From: Malacoraja senta
Taxonomy: Eukaryota
Direction of reading: 5' to 3'
Assembly: GCA_038087875.1 (NCBI GenBank)
Contig: CM075988.1
Coordinates: forward strand, 6,946,001-7,010,000
DNA: 64,000 nt
Below the pieces are notes generated by a model. It saw only the letters and a program-made list of their open reading frames with translations, searched no databases and had not been told where the DNA came from. Positions 1 through 13,712 of this stretch are shown here, piece after piece. Within the stretch, counting starts at the first letter, position 1, and the number at the start of each line of letters is the position of its first letter. A program made the position numbers and the translations under genes.

Positions 1-1097
1 AAGGAACTGCAGATGCTGGTTTACACTGAAGATAGACACAAAATGCTGAAATAACTCAGCTGGCTAGGCAGCATCTCTGGAGAAAATGAATAGGTGACGT
101 TTCGGATTGAGACCCTTCTTCAGACTGAGAGTCAAGGGAAATGGAATAGAGAGATATAAAAAGGCTCATTAAAAAAATGAATGAATGAAAGGTAATGAAT
201 GATATTTTTTCTATGTGTCTTTATTTCTCTCGTTTCTCTCTCACCTGACTCAGACTGAGGAAGGTTCCCGACCCGAAATGTCACATTCCATTTCTCCAGA
301 GATGCTGCCTTATCCGCTGAGTAACTCCAGCAATTTAGCAACTGTCTGTGGTCAGTAAAAGCAGTTTCATTGATAACCAATAATTCACAAATCAGGTAAA
401 GGAGAAGTCTATTCACCTTCTGATTGGTGTAGGAAAACAGTGTATTACAATGGGTATATATGGATCTGCAGATGCTGAATTCTGAGCAAGACACAAAGTA
501 CTGGAGTAACTCAGCGACTCGGAAAGCATCTGTGGAGGGAATGGATATATGATGTTTCGGATCAGGACCCTTCTTCAGATGAACTGCGTAGGAAGGACCT
601 GCAGATGCTGGTTTACACTGAAGATAGACACAAAATGCTGGAGTAACTCAGCGGGACAGACAGCCTTTCTGGAGACAAAGGTGACGTTTCGGGTCGAGAC
701 CCTTCTTCAGACAGAGTCAGGGGAGAGGAAAACGAGAGATATGGAAAGGGAAGGTGTGAAAACGAGAGATCAAAGACTGCAACTTTGATCCTGGTTGGCC
801 CGAACTGGGAGACCTGGAAACGGAGCTGGACATCACGTGGGACAAGATGGCAGTGAAGGCTAATGTTGAGGACATATATGTGTCTGCGTTAACTAGCGAG
901 TGTGGGTCAGACCAGTGCCAAAGTGCAAGAGAGCCGCAGGAATCACGGAAGGGGAGCAGTGAGGGATTGTCTCTCAGAACTCCTATTGGAGAGAGGAGAA
1001 CTTCTTCCGAGGAAGGGTCCTGAACCAAACCATCACATGGGTATTCCCTCCACAGATGCTGCCTGACCTACTGAGTTATCTCAGTACTTTGTGTTTT
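1..1097. repeat. Cluster of Penelope-derived terminal repeats in inverted and tandem arrangement
   Basis: Repeated AAGGAACTGCAGATGCTGG...AACTCAGCGGG..CAGCATCT...GACGTTTCGGGTCGAGACCCTTCTTCAGAC and its reverse complement; same sequence as the 41100-41230 end of the Penelope element. Confidence 0.85.
681..712 (-). ncRNA. Intact minimal hammerhead-like motif in a solo Penelope terminal repeat
   Basis: Minus strand GT-CTGAAGA-A-GGGTC-TC-GACCC-GAAAC-GTC-AC: both conserved core boxes and a GUC triplet. Confidence 0.65.
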
Positions 1098-1464
1098 ATT
1101 CATAGTGGGGGGTATGTCTGGCAAGCAATATTAGGAGAGTGGGGCAATGGATATCAGGTAGCCCGTTGGGGACTGATGCATGAATGTGCGTAGAATTCAC
1201 AATTCTTGTGCCCAGTTGGGTTGTGCTCTTTATGTTTTGGATATATTGCATATTTCAGACTGGAGAACATATATTCTGGAACTGGGTGTAAAACTGACAC
1301 AGGTGCTCTTGTTGAAAAATTCGAAGCAAAATGTGGAAAGATGTTGTCAAAGACCAGTGGACAACGAGGCCGAAAATGAGGGTTTCGTAGGAAGAATAAT
1401 GTGGGAGAAAGGAATAGTCTGAGGTGTGAACATGGAGAGGGGGGTTGGGGCAAAGCTGGGGGGT

Positions 1465-1945
1465 CATAGAGTCATATAATGATACAGTGTGGAAACAAGC
1501 CCTTTGGACCAACTTGCCCACACCGGCTAACATGTCCCAGCTACACTAGTCCCACCTGCCAGCATTTGGTCCATATCCCTCCAAACCTGTCCTATCCATG
1601 TGCTTGTCTAACTGTTTCTTAAACTTTGGGATAGTCCCTGCCTCAACTACCTCCTCTGGCAGCTTGTTCCATACACCCACCGCCCTTTGTGTGAAATGGT
1701 TACCCCTCATATTCCTATTAAATCTTTTCCCCTTCACCTTGAACCTATGTCCTCTGGTCCTCGATTCACCTACCCGATCTATTCCTCTCATGATCTTATA
1801 CACCTCTCTAAGGTCATCCCTCATCCTCCTGCGCTCCAAGGCATATACTGCAGTCCCAGCCTACTCAATCTCTGCCGATAGCTCAGACCTTCTAGTCCTG
1901 GCAACATCCTCGTAGATCTTCTCTGTACCCAGCTTGACAACATCT
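1465..1945 (-). mobile_element. CR1-clade LINE 3' fragment (second subfamily)
   Basis: RRMRDDLREVYKIMRGIDR...TRGHRFKV...VWNKLP. Confidence 0.88.
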
Positions 1946-4057
1946 TTCAAGTATTTCAAGAGATGACAACAAAGACATACTCAAAGAACATGAAGAGATG
2001 GGATTCAACAGATGATATGATGGAGGGAGATGCGTCACATTTATGGATAATTTAGCAAGGAGGGCATTCCAAGTAACAATGCAATGATCAGAGAGTGTTT
2101 TACAGTTGTACAGTGATAGTTATACAACTGACGCAAGTAGGTAAATGGAAGTACCTTAGATGGAGCATCTTGATTGGCATCGGCAACTCATCATCGCCAA
2201 TCAAGATGCCCCATCTAAGTCACTCCCATTTACCTGCATTTGGTCCATATCCCTCAGAAACCGTCCCATCCACATTACTGTCCAAACGTCTTTTAATGGA
2301 GTTGATAGGCAGGGGACAATATGGTGGGATTAGGCTGGAGAGCTCTTTTTTGACCACCATTGACACTGTGGGCTAAATAACTGTCCTGCATAAATTCTCT
2401 CTGAATCTGAGAGTTGCAACACAAAGGGAAATGTACATGTGGAAACCAATGAGCAAACTGCTATTGAATTTATGAGCAATTTTCTGATGTAAAGTTTCAA
2501 AACACGTCCCATGTGCCATTGAAGACCCCAAACCCTGGCAAGTACTGCAGAGATGCTGTTAATTGATGGTGGTTTCTGCTATTTGGCTAGCTGGCTACAA
2601 AAAAAGAGGAAAATTCACAACATTTGTTAATTCATTATTATTTATGCAAAGGTAGATATCCTCGTGTAATTCCAGATTAAGATTACAGCCACCTTTGTTG
2701 TCAAGAAGTGCCAACCTTCCCCCTTTAGGTTTATAATAGGATTGCTTTATATGAGGTGTGTTGCCATGGGTACGAGAACAAAGAGGCTGCAAGTCTTAAA
2801 ATTCCTTTAGTCTGTGGGCGGAACTGGTCAAAGCGGAGCGTAGCGTTTCTCCATGGAGCTATTTAAGTTTGCTGCATTACTGTTTAACCCTTTCAAGCCT
2901 TGGCATTATAGAACTAAATGTGATTTTTTTTAAGGTGCTGCTGGTGCTAGTTTACACCAAAGATAGATGCAAAACGCTGAATTAACTCAGAGGGTCAGGC
3001 AGCATCTCTGGAGAAAAATGAGTGATATGAACATTGAATTCAATAACTAGCTTCTACATGCACTCCTCTCCCCCCTCCCCTTGCTCCCCCCCCCCCACCC
3101 CCTCACGCCATCACTGGCCTCCCCCTTCTCCATTAAAAGTCGGCTAACCAACTTCACAGTTCACAACGATGCATCGCTTTTGGGGATCACACCGTACCTG
3201 GCCAACAATTGGTCTATCAGGGAACCTCCCTGCCTGAGGCCCTGATATGTCCTGGTCTTTCCTTGCTTTCAGATCCCCCCACCCCCCACAATCAGTCTGA
3301 AGAAGGGTCCCGACCCAAAACGTCACCCATCCATTTTCGCCAGAGATGCTGCCTGACCCGCTGAGTTACTCCAGCATTCTGTGTCTATCTTTGGCATTGC
3401 AGCAATGGGCTGTATAGTCCTGGTTTAGGGTAAATTCAAACGCTGTGCTCCATTCGATTCTGAGTCCCGAGACAGGAAGGAAAAATCACCCAGATTTCCA
3501 GCAGTTGTATGTGTATGTCAGTTTACGTCTCAGCTATGCAATTCACATTCCACAATCCATACGTCTGAATACCTGTACTGGCCTTTGTAAGGTTTTGACC
3601 AGAATGCCAGCCATTTAAAAAGCACATCTTCCTTCTGCGAAAAAAATAAATGAAGGAAATAACCGCAAAGTGCCGCAAAAGTTCCAATTTTGCATCCCAA
3701 GGTTGTTCCACAATTGTCAATGGAGAAGTTATTTTATTACAGATTAAACGTGATAGGAAATACCCCTTAAAGGGGCAAGCACAAATTGCATGCACTCGCT
3801 CATTCCAAATGGAGGTCGAGATCCTCTTTAGCCTGAACAAAGGTCATTCTCGGATGCTCTCTCCAATGTTTTATTGACCAATGTCAAACGTTAGCAATAC
3901 GAATCATTTCTAAGTGGTAGTATTTTAACTTTATGTAAAATAAATGAATAAAGTTGAAAGTGGTTATATTTTACGGCAGCTGTGAGTGGTTCATTTGTTT
4001 ATCGATCACCGTGTTCACGGAGGGTTTCAAGGCTGCGGGGAATTCAATGGCTGCCAA

Positions 4058-4472
4058 CTGGTATTCACTGGCATTTAGAAGGATGAGAGGTGATCTTGTA
4101 GAAACATATAAAAAATTTAAGGGATTGGACCTGCTAAATGCAGGAAAGATGTTCCAGATGTTGGGGGAGTCCAGAACCAGGGGTCACAGTTTAAGAATAA
4201 GGGGTAGGCCATTTAGGACTGAGATGAGGAAAATCTTTTTCAACCAGAAAGTTGTGAATCTCTGGAATTCTCTGCCACAGAAGGCAGTGGAGACCAATTC
4301 ACTGGATGTATTCAAGAGAGTTAGATATAGCTCTTAGGGCTACTGGAATAAAGGGATATGGGGAGAAAGGAAAAACGGGGTACTGATTTTGGATGATCAG
4401 TCATGATCATTATTGATTGACAGTGCTGGCTCGGTGCCGAATGGCCTACTCCTCCACCTATTACTATGTATC
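4058..4472 (+). mobile_element. CR1-clade LINE 3' fragment
   Basis: YSLAFRRMRGDLVETYK...RTRGHSL...NLWNSLP. Confidence 0.88.
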
Positions 4473-5684
4473 TAACTGGTATAATTGCCAGCATTGCCAC
4501 AGGCTCTAGTGCTTGCCCACCTCCACCAACCTGCTACATTGCGAACGAGTTTCTAATCCACATCGCAGACTGAGCAAGGTCTCGCGGTCACCCAGTGGTC
4601 ACGCGACCTGCCTTGCAACTGTGCTGCAGTCCTGCCCTTCAAAGATGGCGCTGGAGAGTGGCGACTAATTCGTTACTTTCCTTTCATTGTTCCATTCAGT
4701 TCATTTCATAAGATCATAAGTAATAGGAGCAGAATTAGGCCATTCAGCCCATCAAGTCTACTCTGCCATTCAATCATCGCTGATCTATCTCTCCCTCCTA
4801 ACCCCATTCTCCTGCCTTCTCCCCAAAACCCCTGGCACTTGTCTTTCTTCCTCTCCTGTTCTTTCATTTATAGCTTTCGTTAAGGAAAATGTTCTTGGAA
4901 TATCTTTGAAGGGCAAGGCTAGTATTAGTTATCCTCTGGTGTTGCAGAACAGCCCTCCTGAACCATTGCAGTTAGTTGATGGTAGGTGTCCCCACAGTGG
5001 TCCCAGGCAGGGAGTTAAAACAAGACGTTCAGTCAGCGATCTGTGACAATATGTTTTGAGGTCTGAACTAAAGATGAAATTGGAGGTGCAAATGTTCCAG
5101 TGTTTCTGCTGTCTGTATCCTTCCAGGTGTAGACACAGCTAGCATGCAGATATGCTATGGTGTGTCTTTCCACCACTCTATCCTACCATCCAGCTCAATT
5201 GATTTAGTAATAGATCCTTAAAAATAAAAGATAAAGAAATAAGGCCACTGCCTATAAGAGTTTTGTATGCAATGTGTATGGGGAATTTCAGCACCGTTGC
5301 ATTGGGCATTTCAGAACTTGAAGTTACCTCTATTCAATACGAATTTGACATATTCATACTTCAGTTACTGTGACAAATAAAATTTCACAATGCTCTTACA
5401 AAATATACTCTTCTGAATCTTGAATAAGGCACATTGATGGGCTGCAATACCAAAACTAACTTGACATTGGGCCAAATGATTCCAGATTGTATTCTCAACC
5501 CATGGTTTGACTGCCCTGGGAAGTGTAATGTCGAGAGAGTTGAATATGTCCTCCAGATGAGATGTTGGGGTAAACCAAGACACCTTTTGCTCTTCTGACA
5601 GGTGGATGTCAAAGGTCCAATGGAACCATTAAAAGGAAAGCAGAGAGCGTGACTTTCTGTCTTAGTGTTGAATAGCATAAGCGT

Positions 5685-6710
5685 TTGATGGCACTGGGCC
5701 TGTACTCGCTGGAGTTTAGAAGAATGAGGGGGGACCTCATTGAAACGCACAGAATAGTGAAAGGCTTGGATAGAGATGATGTTTGCACTAGTGGAAGAGT
5801 CTAGGACTAGAGGTCATAGCCTCAGAATTAAAGGGAGTTCCTTTTGGAAGATGAGGGGGAATTTCTTTAGAGGATGATGAATCTGTGTTCTTTGCCACGG
5901 AAGGCTGTGGAGGCCAAGTCAATTGATATTTTTGAGGCAGAGATAGATAGATTCTTGATTAGTACTGGTGTCAGGGGTTATGGGGAGAAGGCAAGAGAAT
6001 GGGGTTAGGAGGGAGAGTTCGATCAGCTATGATTGAATGACGGAGTAGACTTAATGGGTCAAATAGCTTAATTCTGCTCCTATCACATGACTTTATGACC
6101 TCATAAGATGCTCATTTTCTATCTCCCAATATTAATGTTTAGTGAAATTAAGGACTGAGATAAATATTGCAAGGGATTTAATACTAATTGTCAACTTGTT
6201 ATCTATGTTATACTATCAAAGCAGGTCAAAATATATTCCCTTACATTCAACAAAATGCCAAGAGATTTTACCTAACTGTCTCAATAGATATCTACTTTCA
6301 GTTATGACAAAGTAATAAATCAAACACAATAAAACGTTACCAATCCAAACGGATCTCATTTGTAATATCCACTCATCTGTGGGGTTGGGAATAGGTTTAT
6401 GTAAATAAATTGTTGAAGCAGAATTAGGCCATTCGGCTCAAGTCTACTCCATCATGGCTGATCTATCTTTCCTTCTCAATCCCATTCTCCTGCCTCTCCT
6501 GACACCCATACTAATCAATCTATATCAATCTTCACTTTAAAAGTATCCATTGACTTGTCCTCCACATCCTTCTGTGGCAATGAATTCCGCAGATTCACCA
6601 CCGTCTGACTAAAGAAAATTTTCCTCATCTCCTTTCGAAAGATACGTCCTTTCATTTTGAGGTTATGACCTCTGGTCCTAGACTCTCCCACCAGTTGAAG
6701 CATCCTCTCT
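5685..6710. mobile_element. Two CR1 3' fragments, tail-to-tail (5685-6100 +; 6415-6710 -)
   Basis: Both match the CR1 C-terminus/3' UTR consensus seen elsewhere in the window. Confidence 0.82.
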
Positions 6711-6833
6711 GCAATGCCATTTAGATACGCCAGCCAGGAATCAAGGCTTGAATGTGACATTTTCTTTATGCAATCCAAAATAAAGATTTTAAATAAATAT
6801 TAGAGGCTGCGGAATGTGAATCTGCAATAAACC

Positions 6834-6839
6834 TTTATT
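6834..6839 (-). terminator. Candidate poly(A) signal for HEPACAM (AATAAA on minus strand)
   Basis: TTTATT on + strand, about 3.9 kb past the stop, at the end of a largely non-repetitive block. Other candidates exist near 9190 and 9217. Confidence 0.25.
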
Positions 6840-9800
6840 GATATTTGTCACAGTTTCTTGTCAATTAGGAGAATAATTAAATCTAAATTACTGGCACCTG
6901 CATGTCCCAAAATGATGGCTAAACCATTGAAATATTAACCTGAAACAAAATGTTCTATCCAGGTACCAAATCAAGAACAGGTTGTGTTTGATTAGTGGTC
7001 AGTCCGTACTACAGGAATCTAAGCTATATAAGGGCTTCTCATTTTCTAAAGCAAGCATTAAACTTGGATTACATCAAATCTACTCACACAGTTCCATTGC
7101 GTGACAATGGGGATTGGGATCATATGAGGGAGGGAATGAAATTCATACCAACATTCATATGAACATTTCTGACAGACCACACCTCTATGATGCAGTCAGC
7201 ATGTAAATAGATTTAAAATAAATGACACTGATAAATCTGAGATAATCATTCACTGGCTGGGACAGAGAACATAAGAGTATAGGAACAGGTATGGTTCATT
7301 CAGCTTCTCAAGCCTGTTTTGTCATTTATTTACATTATGTCTAAACTCTATCTGAACTCCATTTATCCACAGTGGTAAAGACCGCCTTTAGTCTGAACAA
7401 ATATCTAAAATGTTCAAGCTTTCTAATGACCTAACCTTAAAACTGACTTCTGCTTCCATTTAAAAGTTGCAGCCATAGGAAAGGTCAGGTGAAAATAACA
7501 TGTCATCTGGTCCATATACATTCACGATCTGCTGTCCAAGAATAAAGATTTAAACCAACATATTGATTTGTTACTCCGAGCTAACAGCATCCAGATGAGG
7601 CACACTAGAGGTGCCTCTGAAAAATGAAAGAATAATGGAGATGTGAAATAAAAAGATAAAATACTAGTAACACCCAGCAGGTCAGACAGCATCTGTGGAA
7701 AGAGGGCCCGAAGAAGGATCCTGACCCAAAATGTCACCAATTTATGTTCTCCAGAGATGTTGCCTGACCCATTGAGTTACTTCAGCACTTTGTGTCCTTT
7801 TTTGGTAAGCCCGCATGAGCGTTTGGTAAGCCAACGCAGTTCCTTGTGTCCACAAGAGAGAAACAAGTTTGTTTCGGTAACAGAGAAGATGGGGCAATGG
7901 CCAGAACAAAAGGAACTTCCATGTTAGGGTGGGACTGGATGACTTAATCTGATTTTAAGTGCCCTTTAACTGTAACAACAGCTCATCCAGTCTCACCCTC
8001 TCGGTGAAACTCCTTTGGTCCACCCATCTCCTACCTCCACCCTCTCAGCCACCTGAACTAACGTGTTTCTCCTTGTGTAGGAAGAAACTGCAGATGCTGG
8101 TTTAAACCGAAGATAGACACAAAAAGCTCGAGTAACTCAGCGGGTCAGACAGCATTTCTGGCGAAAAGGAATAGGTGAAGTTTCAGGTTGAGAGTCAGGG
8201 GAAAGGGAAAAGAGAGATAGAGAACAAAAGAATGAAAGATATGCAGAAAAGTAGCGATGATAAAGGAAACAGGCTATTATTAGCTGTGTGCTAGGTGAGA
8301 ATGAGTACAGATAATGAGACTCAATTCTCCTTCCCAATTCTAGTGAAGGGTCTTGACCTGAAAAAGATAAGTAGAAACAAAGAACTGCAGAACATGGTTT
8401 ATACCAAAGATGGAGATTGTAAGGAAATGAGAGGGGAAGATTAAGGAGTAAAATATCAAGTCCTGAGTTCTACTCTGGTCTCAGGACAAGGATTCTGGAT
8501 GTCCAGGTCTGGGAATTACAGAGGACAGTTTGGAATGGAAGAGAACTGGGACAGGTTGGAATCTGTGGAAGGTTGGCATTCATAGATGACATAGGACTTG
8601 CCTCAACACCAGTGAAATATTTTTTTCTGTATAATGGAAACACCAGTGAGACTGTGACAGTAGGAGGGGAACGCATGATGGTGTAAATCATTGTTAAAGT
8701 TACAGTTCTAAGCTGATTTTGGAGAATTCATCATTGGAAACTGTTAAGAGGAGAAGCATCTTCTTGTTCACGGTGACTGCTGTTCAATAAAGAAGGATCG
8801 GAGGAAGAATATGTTTAGTTTGAGTTCGGTACAGAGTTTACCTGGAGTTGTGGGACTGCATTATAGTCTTCCATCTCAGTGACCATATTATCTGTGGAAA
8901 CTGTGTTTTTAGAAATTAGTAGATCCCAGATAATTTTTAACAACAGCTAGTGCTGAAATTAAAAACTATTTGGCTAAAGTTGTATCCAATGAATTCCATT
9001 TCCTGATTGTCTCTTCCCTCTCCCTGAGGTGCTGAGATACAGATCATTTACTAGCAGCGACCCAGCACCTCACCAAAATGGACGTTTTCCATGTGGGAGT
9101 CTAGACCATGGTAGAAGACTATTATGACTGCAGGAAGCATCTCAGGCAAACTGAATTCCCACATGAACATGATGTGAAGATGCATGCACTTTATTTGATC
9201 AGGGAGTTGGTGGATATTTATTAGGTGTAACCAATAACAGTCCACCAGAAATCATTTTTAACACATACTCTTGGTTTTCATATAGAATAGAATAATCAAT
9301 GGGATATGTCACTAAAGCATGAAGTGTAAAAGTGATCAATTGGATGCCTTGTTTGTGACTGGGTTGAGTCCAACTCTGGAGTAACCAAACACAACCATCA
9401 CATCATTGCCCGAGCCGTCGCTTGCTTTCTGATCATGTATTGATTTTCTTTAGATTAACCTTTCTCTTTGAAATCTCTCGTAACAACTTGCCTTAAAGAA
9501 CCATCCCCAGCTGAATTGTCTGACCTCAGAGGTCACCTCAGGGGTGGGAATTAATTATATTAGCTTCCGGAGAACAGAAGATATGCAATTGCCACTAATG
9601 ACTGAAGTGATGGCTCAGGTCCTTGAAAGTGTCGCTATCCAAGTTAGGCTATAATCAATTACTTTGCCGACTGGAAAATAGATAAATACTTGCACATTGA
9701 CCATTCTTCAAGCATGTATATATGTGCTGAAGATGGCATCAAAACAGATGGTATCAAAGCAAATCAATACATGTCCATATGCACCTTTTAATGGGGTAAA

Positions 9801-10230
9801 CCTCACTCCCCATTCCCACATACAACCTAAGGACACAGTGGCTAATTATTGTGTCATCAGCTAACATCTGTCAGGTCAGAACAGAACATCAGTACTGGCA
9901 TCATTTTCATATAGGTGGATCAGGGTCACATCTGGTGGAATATGTCCTTATATAAGAGGAGATGCCACTTTAGAGCAGGGTTTATGAAAGCTGTCTGCAG
10001 AGAAACAGCAATCATTTCCTACCCGTGTGCTTATTCACCTTTAGTTCCTGCTACCTTATTACCCAGTGGGTTGTTAAGGAATTCACATGGGAAATAATTC
10101 AATTTAGATTTAAAACATGTAATATTGTATAATTATGCCTTTAAATGTAACTTGCATCTCAAGCACACAATGTCCCAAACTGAGTAATTCCACTGCCTAC
10201 CCAAAACAAAACAGCCACTGTTTGAGATGA

Positions 10231-10451
10231 AGGTAGACAAAAATGCTGGAGAAACTCAGCGGGTGAGGCAGCATCTATGGAGCAAAGGAAATAGGCGACG
10301 TTTCGGGACGAGACGTCAGGTCGAGACATAGAAGGGTCTCGACCCGAAACGTCGCCTATTTCCTTTGCTCCATAGATGCTGCCTCACCCGCTGAGTTTCT
10401 CCAGCATTTTTGTCAACCTTCGATTTTCCAGCATCTGCAATTCCTTCTTAA
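10231..10451. mobile_element. Palindromic Penelope-terminus insertion with 14-bp TSD in the probable HEPACAM 3' UTR
   Basis: Inverted arms about 10229-10307 and 10342-10421; TSD ACTGTTTGAGATGA at 10217-10230 and 10452-10465. Confidence 0.88.
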
Positions 10452-10707
10452 ACTGTTTGAGATGAGGTTCATTGGTGGGTATTTTTTTAATACATTTGAT
10501 ACCAGGAGATCACACTGGTGGGAGCAAAGGCTTAAATATTGTACATTAGTTAAGACAGAGTTACCAGCATTGCATATACAGTCAGATAAAGCAGTTATTA
10601 GGGGTGAGGGGGCAGAATCTTGGATGTGTTCCAGGCTTTGATATTGATATATCTGCACCTACAATATATTTTATGTCTGTGAAGGAAGATACAAAATCTT
10701 TTAAGCA

Positions 10708-10998
10708 TTAATTTTCTTCCATATTAGCCTCATTTTGCTCTATGATCATATGGACTCCTGTTGGCCGAACAACACAGTTGCCACTTCTCTGGTGTGCTGG
10801 CGAGCTGGGGGATCTGCTTGGTGACTTCTGCAGTCTGGTAGAGCCAGGGGATCGGACAGGAGATCTGCTATATCGCCTGGGTGACTGCCCACCTGCTCTT
10901 GGGGATCTTGTTGGAGATATGGAGGGAACGATGAATTCCGCTTGATCCGATGCATTCTTGGCATCGATGCGGGAGTCTTCCTCAGCTTCTGGAGAATC
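10708..10998 (-). CDS. HEPACAM: HEPACAM exon 7, coding part (Ser/Pro/Arg-rich C-terminus, TAA stop)
   Basis: Acceptor gtcttttccag|GAT; DSPEAEEDSRID...SPRRYSRSPVRSPGSTR...SPSSP...TGVHMIIEQNEANMEEN*. Confidence 0.95.
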   Translation of the reverse strand, partial: DSPEAEEDSRIDAKNASDQAEFIVPSISPTRSPRAGGQSPRRYSRSPVRSPGSTRLQKSPSRSPSSPAHQRSGNCVVRPTGVHMIIEQNEANMEEN

Positions 10999-11471
10999 CT
11001 GGAAAAGACAACGGCTGAATTAGATAATTTTATCAGGGTGCATTATAGTTTGGTTCGGCAACAGCTCTGCCCAAGACTGCAAGAAATTGCAGACCAGTTC
11101 ATCACACAAACTAGTTTCCCCACATCAACTCCATCTACACTTCACGATGCATCGAGGAAGGAACCAACCCAATCAAGGATAATTCATTACATATTCATTC
11201 TCTCTTCTCCACTCTCCCATTGAGCAGAAGATACAACAGCTTGAAAGCAAGTGCCACCAGATTCAAGAACAACTTATTTGCGGCTGATATCAAACTCTTA
11301 TATACAATAATTTTCCAGACGACTGAACAGCCTTTGTAATCTAAGGGTGCAATTCCGATCTCCCAACCTAACTCACTGTGGCCTTTGTATTTTTTTTAGC
11401 AACACTTTATCTGTAACAGTAATGCCCTAATGCTGTTACACTAGATTTTGCACTCTGGAGTTTTTCTCTAA

Positions 11472-11958
11472 AGGGCCTGTCCCATTTTCACGAGGTAATT
11501 CACAAATTCTCCCGAGTTTTCCCCTGATTCAAACTCGCAGAATGTTCGTAACGAGTACCGTAGGTACTCGGGACATCAGGTAATTCGGGACATTTTTTCC
11601 AGCCAGATGAAAAATGTCCACGAGTAAAAAAATAGTCGGGATGAAAAAAATTGCAACTTTTTACTCGTAGTTAGTTCATGGGCAGACCGTAGTAGGCCGT
11701 GAGGGTAGTCGTAGATATTCGTGGGTACTCGTAGATATTCGTGGGCACTCGTAGCTCGGCAGCTGGACAGAGAAAAAAAGGTGAGTGAAAAAAAAAGCTT
11801 AAGTCAACATCAGCACGTGACCTCTGTCACTCCAGTTCGTGAGCGTATTCGTGGAAGGTCGTAGAAGTTCGTAGATTACCAACATCTTGATTATTTTTTT
11901 TAGGTCCTTTAAACTCGGCAGAGGTTTTGGATTAAGTCGTGAAAGTGGGACAGGCCCT
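11472..11958. mobile_element. Non-autonomous DNA transposon (MITE), Harbinger-like
   Basis: TIR AGGGCCTGTCCCA(C/T)TTTCACGA, TAA/TAA flanks, internal CGTAG/CTCGT motif repeats. Confidence 0.82.
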
Positions 11959-12197
11959 TAAGCATTACCTGTGGTACTTGCTTAGAGGTAAACTGTGCAC
12001 AGGTATAGTCAAGTTTGACTGGTTTGAATGCACTGGAGTTTTTCACTGTATCTTGATAGACTTGACAATAATTATCACTACCTATACCTATAATCATGAA
12101 TATAATCATTACTCCAGATCTTCTGTAAATTAGTTAGCTGACCCTTTCATGGCATATTGAATGTGTCCTGCCTCAAAGGCGAAAGGTATTTAGTTTA

Positions 12198-12435
12198 AGG
12201 GCCTGTCCCACTTTCACGATCTAATTCACGACCTCTGCCGAGTTTGCCCTTGATTCATACTTGCAGCATGGTCATCACGAGGTCGTAGGAGGTAGTAGGT
12301 AGGTCGTAGGTAGGTCGTGATGCTAGTCGTAGGTACTCGTGGCATCAAGTAGGTCGGGGCGTTTTTCTAGCATGATGAAAAATGTCCACGAGTAAAAAAG
12401 GCCGTGAATTAGGACGTGAAAGTGGGACAGGCCCT
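12198..12435. mobile_element. MITE, same TIR family
   Basis: AGGGCCTGTCCCACTTTCACG...CGTGAAAGTGGGACAGGCCCT, TTA/TAA flanks. Confidence 0.85.
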
Positions 12436-12439
12436 TAAG

Positions 12440-12990
12440 TATAGGCACGTGTATCAAGGTATAATGCAAAGCTTTTCATTGAGTGTTATCCAATAAAATC
12501 AGATAATTCTCTACATGAATATAATCAAGCCAAACTCAAGTACAAAAGTTAGAGCAAAGTGAAAGATATCAAAGTGAAGAATGTAGTTTCTCAGCATTGT
12601 AGTGTAACAGTTCCTGAGAAAAAGGCCAATGCACGCAATAAGGTAGAATGGAAAATCAGGATGATACCCCTGCTAATGGAAGAATCGTTCAGATGTCTGA
12701 TAACAGAGAGGAAGAAGCTGTTCCAGAATCTGGAGATTCAAGCTCTGTATGTTCTGCCTGATGGGAGTGGGGAGAAGGAGGAATGAGAAAGAACCTTGAT
12801 TATGTTGGCCGCATTCCCGAGGCAGCGTGAAGTGTAGATAGTGTCAGTGGTGGGGAGTCTGGTATGTGTGATGGACTGGGTTACATCCACAAATCCTTGC
12901 AACTTATTTCGGTCTTGGGCAGAGCTGTTGCCAAACCAAGCGGCGATACAACCCGGGGTAATGCTTTCTGTACTACATTTGTAGAAATTT
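12440..12990 (-). mobile_element. Old Rex/Babar-type LINE 3' remnant
   Basis: Minus strand encodes decayed PLPSGRTYR and RFWNSF motifs. Related remnants at ~11090-11460/11960-12075 (+), 21960-22220 (+) and 41570-41860 (-); 3' UTR tails ending GTGACAATAAA(CTAAA)n at 17690-17900, 26420-26605 and 35325-35482. Confidence 0.6.
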
Positions 12991-13241
12991 CTGACCGGAC
13001 AGATGGAATTTAACCCTTGTGAAACATGTGAAGAAATGTACTGGGGAAGTCAAGAGTCAACAGTCATGAGTGTTTAATTGGCATATGTACAGACAATAGA
13101 ACAACAAATCCAACTTGCTGCAATTTAACAGGCTCATAAACACAATACACACAGGTAAATAAATAATAACCAAAAACACATTCTAAAAGGGCAAGGGAAT
13201 ATATATATAGTAATTCAAAGGATATTGAGAGTTGTAAACAG

Positions 13242-13712
13242 AAACATAGAAACATAGAAAATAGGTGCAGGAGTAGGCCATTCGGCCCTTCGAGCCTGCA
13301 CCGCCATTCAATATGATCATGGCTGATCATCCAACTCAGTATCCCGTACCTGCCTTCTCTCCATACCCCCTGATCCCTTTAGCCACAAGGGCCACATCTA
13401 ACTCCCTCTTAAATATAGCCAATGAACTGGCGTCAACTACCCTCTGTGGCAGAGAGTTCCAGAGATTCACCACTCTCTGTGTGAAAAAGTTTTTCCTCAT
13501 CTCGGTCTTAAAGGATTTCCCCCTTAACCTTAAGCTGTGACCCCTTGTCCTGGACTTCCCCAACATCGGGAACAATCTTCCTGCATCTAGCCTGTCCAAC
13601 CCCATAAGAATTTTGTACGTTTCTATAAGATCCCCTCTCAATCTCCTAAATTCTAGCGAGTATAAGCCAAGTCTATCCAGTCTTTCTTCATATGAAAGTC
13701 CTGACATCCCAG
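13242..13712 (-). mobile_element. CR1-clade (HER1-like) LINE 3' fragment, young
   Basis: LSYEERLDRLGLYSLEFRRLRGDLIETYKI...TRGHSL...FFTQRVVNLWNSLP; tail (TTTCTATG)n. Confidence 0.92.

Noticed and set aside
2810..2900. GC box and TATA/MEF2-like motif cluster (GGGCGG, CTATTTAAG)
   Set aside because: Short motifs with no associated exon or other support.
10742..10945. Plus-strand ORF antisense to exon 7 (possible HEPN1-like gene)
   Set aside because: It is simply the reverse complement of Ser/Pro/Arg-rich coding sequence, with no independent support.
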